Assembly (NCBI GenBank): GCA_030265395.1
Contig: JARFYF010000007.1
Coordinates: 32,854,131-32,918,130 of the forward strand
Direction of reading: 5' to 3'
Source of the DNA: Rhina ancylostomus
Taxonomy: Eukaryota
Length of the DNA stretch: 64,000 bases
Numbering within the stretch: the first letter of the stretch is position 1; each line of letters opens with the position of its first letter. Made by a program: the position numbers and the translations under genes. This document shows, piece by piece, positions 25,651 to 38,382 of this stretch. Below the pieces are notes generated by a model. It saw only the letters and a list, made by a program, of their open reading frames with translations, did not search any database and was not told where the DNA came from.

Positions 25651-25884
25651 CTTATTACTGTCCTAGAGTATTAAGGATTTGCCTAATTCAGACAAAAGAT
25701 TGTATAGCAAAAGTTCTTGTCACTTCATGCACATGGTTATTATTTATTCCCTCAAAAATCTGTAAATCAGCCTCACCAAGAATCAACCATTGACAAAAAG
25801 AGAGATAACTGGCAGAAAGCATTTTGTTGATTAGTGGGAGCCAGGCGAAATTTGAGAGTAGTGAGGCCAATTGCCTTCAGATTT

Positions 25885-26010
25885 TAGAGTCGTAGACTCA
25901 GAAACATGGAATTGTACAGCACAGAAACGGGGCCCTTCAGTCTACCATGACCATGCTGACCCTTTTACCCATCTTCACTAATCCTAGTTGCCCACATTAG
26001 GTCTGTTTCC
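25885..26010 (-). mobile_element. CR1 3' tail fragment
   Basis: gtacagcacagaaacggggcccttcagtctaccatgaccatgctgacc...actaatcc. Confidence 0.65.
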
Positions 26011-27437
26011 TGCAATAGCTAGCTTTTGTCTTATATCTACTTTATCAGTTACTTCAATTATTTGCTGCCAGAACAATTGAGGTTGACTGACAACTAACAT
26101 ACTTTTCAAAATATGCAGAAAACTAATCGGACTGACGTGATATCTTTCAGCCACGGTTATCAATTATTTACATGCCAATATGAATAAGAAGGGATTACGA
26201 ACTCTAACAAAGGGAGAATTTGGAATGAGAAAAAGTTATTTAGTTTATCATGTTCAGTAGTTTCAATGCTGTGTAGACTGTTTGGATCATCAAAGAGTGC
26301 CCTGACCTGGTCTCCTCAGCGAGGCAAATAACCATGGGCAGATTTGGAAGAAGGGAACTCAACAGAACCTTTCCTTGACCTCCGAAGGTAATCAAGTGAA
26401 AAAGCAGAATTCTTTCTAATCTCCAGTTTTGCTTAAGGCTGCTCCATTTTATGTATTCATAGACTCTAGTTCTGCAATCACTAAGTTAAGTAACTTGGTA
26501 ACATTTGCATTATTCAGAACTTCAATTATTTAAATACCTGGACCATGTCACATATCATTTCCCTATTTCCTAATCATTTATCCACATAATTTTAAATTTT
26601 GAATAACTGTACTGTGTAAATGTACCAATGCTAATTAAGCGAAATTTCACCTTGAGGGGACGTTTTAGTGAAAAGGATGGTTTGAATACAAAACAGGATT
26701 TCTTATTTTGCATTTTTCACATCCAGAGGAGGAGTTTCATTCAGTGGAGTCTTAATTCAACCATGTTCTTTTGACAGTTGGTAAGTGAAAATGTACAACT
26801 TAAAATGAATCATGGTTATATGAGTGGTACCTGCTTCCAGGAGTGTGAGAAGTACTAAAATATTTACACATATCCAGGCAGATTCTGACAATGATGGTTA
26901 AAGAGAAACTTAAATTCAGATTCTACAAAGAAATAGTTAAATGTTCAGATCCCCTGTTACCAGCAAAGAATATCTTAACTCATTCCCTCCCTCACTGGGC
27001 TGTCAGGAAAGTTTGAGGAATTTGCTTCTAAAGGCCTTCAAAAAAAGCAGGAATATTTCCTTTCCCCCGGACATCCAGAAAAAGTTGGAAATATTCCTTT
27101 CTCACTAGCCTGCCAGGAAATGCCTACTGCTTTATAAAGTGCCAATATATGTAATGAGTCTTTACTTACTAAACTGGTAAGAAACTCAGCAACAGTCCTT
27201 GCTTGCTTGGATAATACAGTGCAAAATTCCTGCTTACTAGAATGCCAGGAAATGTAACAAATAGCCTGTTTCGTAAACGGTAAATTGCTGGGAGACACTG
27301 TTATTTTCATTTCTCCTTACACTGCAAGGAAATTTGGAATTTCTAAGGTATTCAGGGTATTCGTATAGCTGTATACATTGCTATGATTGGCTCTAATGGG
27401 ATCATGTAATGCATAGCATAATGCCATCAAATAGCAT

Positions 27438-27770
27438 GGAGTCATACAGCATGAAAACAGGCCTTTCAGTCCACTAAGTCTTCTCCAATCAAGTACTCAT
27501 TTGCACTAATTCTACACTACTCCCAATTTATTCTCTCCTCCATTCCCATCAACTCTCTACCATGCACCTCTTCACTTGGGGAAATTTATAATGGGCAATT
27601 AACCTACCAATCTGCATATCCTTGGGATATGGGAGGAAAATAGAGCATCCAAGGAAATCATATGCATTCACAGGGAGAATAAACAAACTCCATATAATGC
27701 CAGATGTCAGAGTTGCACTTGGGCCACTAGAGCTGTGTGGCAGCAGTTCTACTAGCACTGCCGCAGTGCC
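27438..27770 (-). mobile_element. V-SINE, near full length
   Basis: Reverse head (ggcactgcggcagtgctagtagaactgctgccacacagctc), V-domain and CR1-type tail (ggagtcatacagcatgaaaacaggcc). Confidence 0.82.
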
Positions 27771-28439
27771 AGCCATATGGCCACATGGCTACCTTGAGGA
27801 ACTGCCATTCCAGTATGGGTTCTGTCTAGAATGTGCATACTGCAGTTGATAGTGAATCAGTTCCTTAATAAACTAAGTCTGTTTGTTTGAGTAACTGTGG
27901 CGGCCTAAATATACTCCCAAGATGAGCACCAGCCAAGTAAAGAAACGCTCAGTACACATCAGATGCATTCCCCACTTCGATGAACTGAGAACTAAGAAAA
28001 TAGCAGGTTAATGAAATTAAGAGAAAATCTGACTCCCTTCAATCTGGCAGATGGTTTTGTGCATTTTTTGACGTGGCCTACAAATTAGTATTGCATAAAT
28101 TAGTATCGCTACCTTCTGAAAAGGGCAGAAATTTCTGAACTCGAAATGCAAATTGGTAAAAACATTTTCTATTTCTATGTTCCAGTATAATTAATTTCAG
28201 AAAATGCAACAGTAATATAATAGCCCTTCCCTTATCAAATTATTGATTTTTTTTCCCCTCTCTGCTCCACCTGAAGGGATATCAAATGAAACTCTGTAAG
28301 GGGCCTCAGGCTGGATCTGTGGTTGAGCCTATTTCTGTCAGTCATTAATTCTACCCTCACCAGGTGAACTGGCTGTTCATTTGTCTTGAAGTGAAAAGTT
28401 CCAGCTCTGCAAACAGTCCCTCTCAGTGTCATGTGCCCC

Positions 28440-28620
28440 TTACAGAATAAGTATTCTGATGATGAGTACTGCTGTTCATCATCATTAGATCAAAATCGTG
28501 GACATCCCTAGGTAGCAGCACCTGTGGGACTACCTTCACTGGACAGCTGAAGCAGTTCAAGTAGGCAGATCACCAACTCCTCAGGGGTAATTAAACCACA
28601 CCTCCTATAAATAAACTGAA
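28440..28620 (+). mobile_element. Old CR1 3' fragment
   Basis: tcaaaatcgtggacatcccta...agcagttcaagtaggcagatcaccaactcctcagggg. Confidence 0.55.
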
Positions 28621-28749
28621 AAAAATAACATGTTAGATTTTTCGACTTCAGATTGTTTGAGACAGTAAATTATGACCTCTATGCTTCACACTCCAAACTG
28701 AACAGCAAAAGAGCTGCAAATCTGCATTGCTGAAATGGGATCTGGAGCA

Positions 28750-29290
28750 GGTACAACAGACACGCAGAGAGCATGAGCAGCATCCAGACCTAATGATACA
28801 ACCCTGGAGTTACAACTGGCTGAGGCAGGAGAAGGAGGCACTTACTTTCACCCAGCAGTTGTCACCAAGAAGATGGTTGGTGGTTGCTCAGGAGGTGAGC
28901 ATCAAATGCACCAGCTCCTGTCTTGGGGTTGCAATGGGAATGGCAATTTGTTGTGCTAACCATATCAGGAAAAGTGAGATACTTGCTGATTCACCTACTT
29001 CTTGACACTTAGTCTCAACATCCTCTCCTGACAAACCCTATTGCATCATTCCTCAAATTTCATTGCCACTGAGCCTTCACCTTCTTTATGCTGCTTCACC
29101 TCCCTGTTCATCTGCTCAGTGTTACCTCACACCCCTTCCTAATGCAATGTAATGCATCTGTCAGTCACTTTCGCCGAATACATTGCATCTATTGAGTGAA
29201 TGCCTAACCTTTAGCTCCCACAGGTCAGTTTGCTTGTAAGAGAAGACAACGAAAAATGCAAATGAAAGGGAGAATTCTGCAATCTCTGAG
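28750..29290 (+). mobile_element. Harbinger Myb/SANT-like gene relic
   Basis: AASRPNDTTLELQLAE (~APRFSDAALE.L..E), then WLVVAQEVS (~W.EVA.EVS), and later EKTTKNANERE (~EK.AHN.RER). Confidence 0.4.
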
Positions 29291-30019
29291 AGGTCAGCCA
29301 GAGATGTGAATACAGGTGCCTTCTCATCCTGCTAACTCTTATCAAAGGATAAGCATTGATAGTTCCCAGGTCTGACTGGGAGCTCCTGCTTTAGCACTAG
29401 AGACAAAACAATTGGGGGTGTTCGTATCTTTTATTGCCTCTGGTGGTGCATGGCTCCCAAATCAAGCAAATGGTAAATCTAGAAGACCACAGATGTTTGT
29501 GGGCACCTGACCTGGCAAATGTTGGCACTGCTCTTCAGAAAACTCAAGGAAGAAGAGCCTTCTACATTCTGTTATGTGGCTAGTGGCTTCTGTGAGGTCA
29601 GCCCCCCTTTCTATGGCTGCGTTGATCCCATCGCAGTAGGTCATTGCTGCTTGATGTTGATGGTCGACTGCCTCTGAAGTACTGTTAACATGTAAGGTGC
29701 ACTGCCTATTACTAACCTTATCAAGTTGAAAGTCTCAAACATCTTGATGCATTTGAATCAATGCAAGGGAATAGAAATTCTTCTTGGGCGGCGGTCCATT
29801 GAATGAAATGGGATTAGATATAAGGTACTGGATATAATTAGCAGCCAACCAATATCACCTATGTTGCACTGCTCCCCAGGATAAATTTCCACACCAAGAA
29901 CTCTTGGCAAATCACTTGTTAGCAAGAATTGTACAAGCTGTAACAACTGATTTTTCTTTATTTAGTTGAAGCAATGACAATTTTAACTATTTCCTTGCAT
30001 TGTCTGATTCTCAATATCA

Positions 30020-30660
30020 AGTAGTCCAGCACAGAAGGAGAACATTCAGCCGATTAAGTCTGTGATATCCCTTAAGAGTATCTATCCAGTTGGACAATTT
30101 TCCCACCCTTCCTCATGTATCTGAACTATTACTCACCCTCAAGTATTTACCTAATTCCTATCTGAAGGCTTCAATTGAATCTGTCTCCACCCCTTCGCCA
30201 GGTAGTCCATTCCCCAACCTGGCTACTCACTGTATTAAAAAAAGTTTTGTCCCATGAAACTGTTTCTTTTATTAATCATGTTCTGTACTCTCCTGTTAGT
30301 GACCTTTAGCCCTTTAAAACAGCTTTTTTTTTACTATATCTAGGCCCCAACATAAACATCTCCAACAAATTTTCTCATAATCTTCTCTGCTCTAAGGATG
30401 ACAACCTATATTCCACAGTTTCTCCACATAAGTAAACATTTCTGTAACTGTACTAGTAAAACTCTTCTGTATATTTCCAAAATCTTAATATTCGTGTTTA
30501 AATTATGTTGTCCAAAATGGGAGTCAATACTCCTGCTGGGGCTGACCAGTGTTTATGTTGGTTAAACATGTTGTCTTTGCTATTGGACTTGATGTCTCTG
30601 CCTTGTATCCTATATGCTGTTTTAACTGGGTTGGAAACCCGTCTTGTCCACTTCACCACT
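30020..30660 (-). mobile_element. Old CR1 3' region
   Basis: Tail cagcacagaaggagaacattcagcc, then aagtatttacctaattcc and tcttctctgctctaagga. Degenerate CR1 C-terminus on the minus strand. Confidence 0.6.
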
Positions 30661-31255
30661 AATCCCTCAACTTCTGGGGGTTAAAATTCATCATCAAATG
30701 TTAGCAAGCTGTCAAGATCAGAATGTTACTAGCCAAGGCTTTGTTGGTTATGGGTGGAGGAGTGGTGGGAGGAGGTGGTGCTGGGCTATTTTTGCTTGTG
30801 GTTAAATTAAACACTTTTGCTCAAGGGTAGTTACGTGATTTTTAAATATAAACAATCCTCAGTGCAGCCTTTGGATACTTCTTTTGATTCCCCCTTACCC
30901 TCCTGTGCCAATGGTCTGTAACCAAGTCACTTTGCCAGTATAGACTGGTGTAGAGACTACCACTGGTGACCTCTGAAGGACCCAAGGAAGAAAAATTTCA
31001 GAAGATCAAACAACTCACTTATAACTGATAAATGTACAGATTCTACAGCAATTCCAATGATCACCAAGTTTGAAGTGAAATTATCAAGGACATAGAANNN
31101 NNNNNNNNNNNNNNNNNNNNNNNNNNNNNNNNNNNNNNNNNNNNNNNNNNNNNNNNNNNNNNNNNNNNNNNNNNNNNNNNNNNNNNNNNNNNNNNNNAAG
31201 ACATTTCTTTCCAGAATGATAGTCTCTGCATCATTTGACCCTGCTAATTGCTTAG

Positions 31256-31427
31256 ATAAGAGTGCTTTTCTTGTCTTTGAAATAGAAAATTTAATCTCAG
31301 TGGGAAAATGACTCCAGTAGATTAGTTTTACACAGATATTTGATCTCTTCAATGTATTAGAGTGCTAAATTGAAGTGATAAAGATATACTTTAATTTGGG
31401 TAGCATGTGTTTATGCTTGCAACATCA
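31256..31427 (+). repeat. Left arm of ~170-bp inverted repeat (partner 33563-33735)
   Basis: Manual alignment to the reverse complement of 33563-33735 gives about 10 differences in ~167 bp. Confidence 0.92.
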
Positions 31428-33324
31428 TGTTAGGCACTTACTGTTAGATAATTTACTCATCTCAGTAAAAACATTGTGCAAACTAAGGATTATCTTGGAG
31501 GAAAAAAATAGACTCATCTCCTCAAATCCCTCCTCATTTCTAATACAAAATTGTCTTTTTGTGGCCTTTTCATGGATCCCCTAAAATGGCTTTGATCCCT
31601 TGCTTTATACACTAATTATACAATGCCCAATTATTTATCTCTGACCATTCATCCTTCTTTGCCTGTGTACTCCTTGATGAAATCATCTCCATGCACTGGA
31701 GTCCAGTTCCATGATCTTCATTTGTTGATGTCCAGTTCTCTATCTCTATCATTTACTGTACTATATGATATCATTCTATGATGTACATTTTAAACTTGCC
31801 ATTGTTCCAGAATATTTTAAACCAATTTGGAATCATATTGTAAGTTATATCATGGGCTATATTTTATGTCATCTACTTTATTCTATAGAAGACCAAGAAA
31901 ATCATGAAAATTGGCCAATAGGATTCAATGTGAGATCGGGTGGGCAGCCTGGTTTACTTTCATAACATGCACAGCAGGATCAGGTGCAAGATGGCTGGAA
32001 CTGAAGAACCATAGATTTCAGTCAATTCAACAGCACTTCCAGCTTCCACACATCTCACAATCAACTGCCAAATGCTGGTGTACAGCTAAAGCGAGGACTC
32101 CTTGTGCAACGGTTTTAGTTTTAGATCCTTAGGCAGCTTGTGATATTCCATTGGTGTAAATATGCTGGCTTGACCTGAGAACCCATCTGAGTGTCTAGAC
32201 TAAGGCAGGAACCTGGATCTGAATGAATTGTTTTGTTTTTATTCATAGCTGGTGGGGAGTGGTTCATGGAGGAAAGAGAACATTGCCACTGGTGAGAAGA
32301 GTTCTGAAGGTGCTCTCTAACTTGCTGATGGATTTGCCATGAATGACACTTCACTTGAACCCACTAGCTTAGGATTTGAATTTTTGTGGTATGACCCCAG
32401 CATAAATGACAGGTCACATACCCACAGCCCAGACTGTTTGTACCCAGCAATGTTTGTTGACCTGCTAACATTTCATAAATTTGTCTAGAGTCTAATAGAC
32501 CTTGAAGCTTCTCCCAACCGCGATAACTTTGGCAAAAAATTGATGGAAACCCTGGATTAACACATAAACAGGGTTCCCCTCGATCATCCATAGAATTGGA
32601 AAATTCACAGAGGAAATTCCTGGCCAGTGTATTTACCTTTGTCCCAAACTAAAGTACCTGGATAAAGATTCTCTCTTTAACCCCTGGATCTTTTTGTGCA
32701 TATTTTGATATTTTATGGGCACAGATGCACATGGTATGGAAGTGGGTTAATGCAATTGAAGTCAAGGGATCTATCTATGTAAAAACACAAGTATAACTGA
32801 AGGCCAAGGAGGGTCGAGGCAGGGGAAAGGCAAGGGCCAACTAGTCAACCCTTCAGATTCACTGGAGACCCAGGGTAATAATTATTAGTGGTATGCCAAA
32901 AAGGAACAGATGTATCGATCTGCCAAAAGATGCATGTGTATCTCTCCCGCAGGCTACAGGATCAAGAAGTCTGGATTAGCCCTTCCACTAATCACTAAGG
33001 AAGAAAAACCCATTTATTAAAAATAATTATCCTGATTTGAGCTGTTGTTCAGTGACTCATTGGATCTTTGGGAGTTTGGGGGAGGAGAGGTAGTGGTCAT
33101 TCCTTCTACCCATCACCGGAGGATGAGTTTCAACTAGATGGGGACTATTGATGGCCAACTGTTCCTCCTTTGCTTGCCTGCTCCATGAAAAGGATTAAGG
33201 TAACTCCAGTCACTGGCAAGTAAAGATGTAGAGAAACCAAAGGTATGGATATTAGGGCAAATTTCTCAAAATTAGATACTTCCCATTCACTGTTCTCCAG
33301 AAGCTCACCATCCATATTCTAAGC

Positions 33325-33512
33325 AAAAAAAAACAGGTGGTTAGAAGAACTCAGTGGGTCAGGCAGCATCCATGGAGGCAGAGAGATAGTCAATGTTTTG
33401 GACTGAGACCCTGCATCCAGTCCCACCTCCCTTGCACCAATGATCCTTGCTCCTTCACATTTCCTTCCTTTAAAGTAATTCCAGATTTCCAGCATTCACT
33501 CTGCTTTCCTCT
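33325..33512. mobile_element. Penelope-terminus short element (inverted pieces)
   Basis: Minus-oriented agaactcagtgggtcaggcagcatccatggagg...gagaccctgcatc and plus-oriented ccagatttccagcat. Confidence 0.65.
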
Positions 33513-33562
33513 TAATTTCAGGTAATTGTTTTGATTCCTCCAAAAGGGCTTTTTGGCCTTTT

Positions 33563-33735
33563 TGATGTTGCAAGCATAAACATATGCCACCCAAATTAAA
33601 GTATATCTTTATCGCTTCAATCTAATACTCTAATACATTGAAGAGATCAAATTTCTGTGTAAAACTAATCTACTGGAGTCATTTTTCCCACTGAGATTAA
33701 ATTTTCTATTTCAAAGACAAGAATATCACTGTTAT
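33563..33735 (-). repeat. Right arm of ~170-bp inverted repeat
   Basis: tgatgttgcaagcataaac...tcaaagacaagaatatcact is the reverse complement of 31261-31427. Confidence 0.92.
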
Positions 33736-33779
33736 TGACATCTTCTTTCACCTTACACCATCAATTAAGTTTGTCAATT

Positions 33780-33945
33780 AATCTCGTGTCTTATTACAGA
33801 CTTTTCCCTTCCCCATCTTAATATCTCTTTTATCTACAACTTTCCCAGCTCTGATGAAATGTCATTGTAAATGTAAACTCTATTTTTCACTCTCTTACAG
33901 ATGCTGCCTGACCTGCTGAGTATTTCCAGCATTTTCAATTTTTAA
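33780..33945 (+). mobile_element. Penelope-terminus short element
   Basis: cccagctCTGATGAaatgtc...cagatgctgcctgacctgctgagtatttccagcattttc. Confidence 0.7.
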
Positions 33946-34289
33946 ACTCACTTTATGTTGCTCATTGCACTCCTTGAAGCCTTTCACAAGCCCACACAAA
34001 TGTTGGAGCAGGAAGGATAAATGTTCTGCTGTCCTATTCAGAGACATCTGAAGAATATTGTGTGAGAAGGCTCTGTTGGTTGTTGGTAACAGATTCTCTT
34101 TTTAGGTGGGACTCTAGAATAACGTTGCTGCTGCTGGTGGTGCCTTCACTCATCTCCTATCCTTAAAAACCACAAAAGTGCATGGACAACTACTGTGCAA
34201 ATGCATCTGACTTGAGGATCTATAAACAAAGTTTCACCTGCAAGCTTTGCAGGTATGTAACTTTCAAAGTTTCTCTGGCATTCTGTTTG

Positions 34290-34602
34290 CTATGGCTGTG
34301 ATGTGGGACAGCTAGAAGACCTGCTGCCTCACAGCTCCAGTGATACACATTCAGTACTGACTTCCAATGCTGCCAATGTATAGTTTGCCTTGTTACCGGT
34401 GCTCTGCTTTGTTCCCACATACCAAAGATGTGTGGGTTGGTAGGCTAATTGCCCCTAATGTGTAGAATCTGCAGAGATTAGGGGACGTGGAGACAATAAA
34501 ATGGGATGAGAGTGAGAAGAGTGTTAATGGGTGATGCTTGTTGTTTTGGACTCGGAGGACCAAAGGACCTGATTCTGTGTTGAATGACACTATGACTCTA
34601 TA
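34290..34602 (+). mobile_element. V-SINE, degenerate
   Basis: Head gctgcctcacagctccag, V-domain ggtgctctgctttgttcccacataccaaagatgtgtgggttggtagg, CR1-type tail ...tatgactcta. Confidence 0.7.
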
Positions 34603-35714
34603 ATAAATGGTTATCATATTATAATGACAGATTTACAACTTGGCACCAAGTAAAAATCTCCCCACTAACTCAATTTAGGATCAAGAGCAATGAACACCAG
34701 TAAAAAATAATGGCACTGATTGGAATTAAAATCAATTAATAAATTTGATTAAATCTTATTGAGGTCTGTTATTTAAATAGTTCCAGAATACTAGCACTAA
34801 TAAATTCTCCCTTACAACTGCAAAATAATGCTGAGAGAGCATTTTCCCAAATTCTCCCCTTCCCCCCCCCCCCCCACCCTTTNNNNNNNNNNNNNNNNNN
34901 NNNNNNNNNNNNNNNNNNNNNNNNNNNNNNNNNNNNNNNNNNNNNNNNNNNNNNNNNNNNNNNNNNNNNNNNNNNNNNNNNNNNNNNNNNNNNNNNNNNN
35001 NNNNNNNNNNNNNNNNNNNNNNNNNNNNNNNNNNNNNNNNNNNNNCTATTGATTGTTCTGTGCCACATATTGCTTTATCTAATATATTCTCAGAAAAAAT
35101 GGGAAAGGTAATTTGGAGAAATGCCTGTAAAATACTTGAGAATTTCAAAATTGTAGCAAAATATTCAACAGCTTCTGGATAGAGTTTCCTGAGGGGGTAC
35201 AACTAATTGTATGAATAGCTCTATTTGAGGGAGAAACATCAAAGAGTAAGGCATTAAATAGTCCACAAACCATAGAACCCAGTCAAATTCAGAAAGTTCC
35301 AAAATACAGAAAAGCTCTAAAACCAATTATAGATCTACTGATGATGCTGTTATAATATTGGAGCCCTCTGAATGCTTGAGCCTCATTCAACAGACACAGA
35401 AATAGGCTTTCAGAAGCCCTTCTGCATTTATGACACTATGTTTGAATGTCAGTGGCCTGGATTTTCCACTGATCTGTCCGTCACCAACTTTCTCACCTCG
35501 CACTGGCCTGCACTTGATGGGTGAGGTCCCATGCAGGCAACATATTTCCTGTTAAACTGACAGGCTCTTCCACTGAATTGATTTGTGAGGCAGTTAAGAC
35601 TTCATCCCAAGCTGAACAGTTGTTAAAAGGACATTCATAAACATCAAAAACTGTTAAAATAATTTGTTCTTCTTAAATACCAGGGAACTATTAAATACAA
35701 TTAAATACAATTAA

Positions 35715-36910
35715 ATAGAGTCATAGAATTATATAGCTTGGAAACCGGCCCTTTGGCCCAACTTGTCTATGCCAACCAAGTTGCCTATTTGAGTTAGTCC
35801 CATTTGCCTGAATTTGGCCCATATACCTCTAAACCTCCCCTATCCATGTACCTGTCCAAACACCTTTTAAACATTGTAATTGTACCCAGCAGTACCACTT
35901 CCTCTGGNNNNNNNNNNNNNNNNNNNNNNNNNNNNNNNNNNNNNNNNNNNNNNNNNNNNNNNNNNNNNNNNNNNNNNNNNNNNNNNNNNNNNNNNNNNNN
36001 NNNNNNNTAAACATTGTAATTGTACCCAGCAGTACCACTTCCTCTGGCAGCTTGTTCCATACACCCACCACCTTCTGAGTGAAAAAGTTGCTCATCACAT
36101 CTTAAAAATTTTCCCCTATCACCTGCAATATATGCCCTCTAGTTTTAGACTCTCCTAGCTTGGGAAAAAGACCATGACCACTCACCCCATCTATGCCCCT
36201 CATGATTTTATATCCCTCAGCCTTCTACACTCCAGGGGCAAAAACCCAGCCAATCCAGTCTCTCCTTATAATTCAAGCCCCCCAGTCCCAGTACCATCTT
36301 TGTGAATCTTTTCTGCACCCTTTCCAGCTTAATGACATCATTCCAGTGGCAAGGTGACCAGAACTGCATACAAACATCCAAGTGTGCTCTCACCAATGTC
36401 TTGTACAGTTGTGACATGATGTCCCAACTTTTGTACTCGATGCCTGACTGATGAAGGCAAATGTGCCAATTGCCTTCTTCACCACTCTGTCAACCTATGT
36501 TGCCATTTTCAGGGAGCTATAACTTGAACCCCTAGGTTCCTCTGTTTACAACACTCCCCAGGGCCTTGCCATTTACTGTGTAAGTCTGGCCCTAGTTTAA
36601 CTTACCAAAATGCAACATTTCACACTTGTCTGAGTTAAATTCCGTCTGCTATTCCTCGGCCCACTCTCCCAGTTGATCTAGATCCTATTGTAATCTTAGA
36701 TAACTTTCTTCAATGTAGACCATACCACCAACTTTGCCGTCATCTGCAAACTCACTAATAATGCCAACTACATTCTATCCAAATCATTAATATAGGTGCC
36801 GATCCCTCCGGCACACTGCTGGTTACAGGCCTCCAATCTGAGAAACAAGCTTCTACTACTGCCCTCCGACTCCATCCACACAGTAATATTGTATCCAGCT
36901 TACCCTGGAT
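35715..36910 (-). mobile_element. CR1 LINE, 5'-truncated (RT C-terminus to 3' tail)
   Basis: The minus strand encodes KFADDGKVG, QLYKTLVRAHL..QFWSP....KLERVQKRFT and FFTQKVVGVWNKLPEEVV...FKRCLDRYM. Tail tatgactcta. Confidence 0.9.
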
Positions 36911-38382
36911 CTCAAATTAAAAGAAGTACATAAACAGCAAATTGACCTTCTTTCTGCGGCTGATTTTCCCCATTGAACTGTTTGGTTTTGCTAGACGTTG
37001 GGTAATTTTCCCATCCGAGATGCTGGGAGATCTGTAGAAGTCTGTGGATTCCAGGAGTTGAATTATGCAGCGCAGTCATCCTGTTAGTGGGCATTAGCTG
37101 TGTGGATGTTCAGGATTTCCTCCTTCACACTAGAGTACTTCTGCACAGCCAGAGGAATGTTTTTTTAAAATCAGAAGACTTACCTAAGTTATGTAATATT
37201 TAAAATATCGAAGTTGCTGTTGTAATTTGCTTGATGAAATTGACAGCAAGTTCTGGCTTCTGTCTAAGCACAGTGAACTTAAATCTCCATAAACACCTGT
37301 AAATGGTAACTTTCTCCTCCACAGGGGGTGTTTTTGCAGCCTTTATCAATGCAATCAGCAGAGAATCATCAATTTAATGTGAATTTGAACATTTTACACA
37401 CTACTCACTGAAAATATTGAAAATATTATTCTGAACAGAATGTAGGTAACTTTCTGGAAGTGTTTTAAACATCATCATTGTTGTAAAAACCATCTGACTC
37501 AGAAAGACTAATGTTGTTTATGTAGAATCTAATTCCTTCAGAGTAATTAGTTCAAAATGCCATGGATGCCAAAATAATAAAAAATAATAGAAGTTTGTTT
37601 GTGACATTCCATCTTCTGCCTTAATTTATTTCACTTTCTGTAAAACGATTAATGTTATAATAAAAATTGAGAGCTTCTTATTTTTTGGTTTGCTATCTTT
37701 TTAGGTCAACAACAAGCAGTGGCACTTTGTCACTGACTGGAAAATAGAAATCATTAATTTTTTTGCTCACACTGAAGCAAGCATTATTGCAGAGAAAAAT
37801 TAAGGATATTGCAGTTCTGAGTTCCTTTTAGAGCCTACTAAAGTAAATATTATCAACAGATATCATTATCTAGCTGTGCTAGATCTAGAACTGATGCGAT
37901 TATCCCCAAGTAATGAATTAAACTTTAAAGGAAAGCTGAAAGAGAATGTGAGTACAAGTCATGGTAGAATTGTTATGTGGCACTTCCTTTGAAACATTAA
38001 ATTGTGACTTCGGCATGGGTTTGTGACAACTTAGCAGAAGTGTTAAACTGTCATGTGAAAACACTGATAAATGTTTATAGAGATATCCAGTCTGGAAATA
38101 TAATTGAATAATGATGCTTTAATACTGATAACATAGAAATTAACATTGAAAGCACTGTTGTACACTACACTGGTGATAGCATGTTCTGTGCACAATATAT
38201 TAGGTATGTGCACTTTGTTTTATTATTTGACAATCTGATAATTAGGAGTAATGTCAATGGCTTTAAGAGAAATATAAAAATATAATTAGAGCAGCATTGC
38301 AAACTTCAGGTTATATTCGGATTAATGTTGGGCAAAAGAATATCATTTGTACTTCATCCACCTCCAACAGATTCTCAATTCA

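Noticed and set aside
35867-36047. 40-bp direct repeat as a biological duplication
   Set aside because: It flanks a 100-N gap inside a CR1 and is best explained as an assembly overlap.
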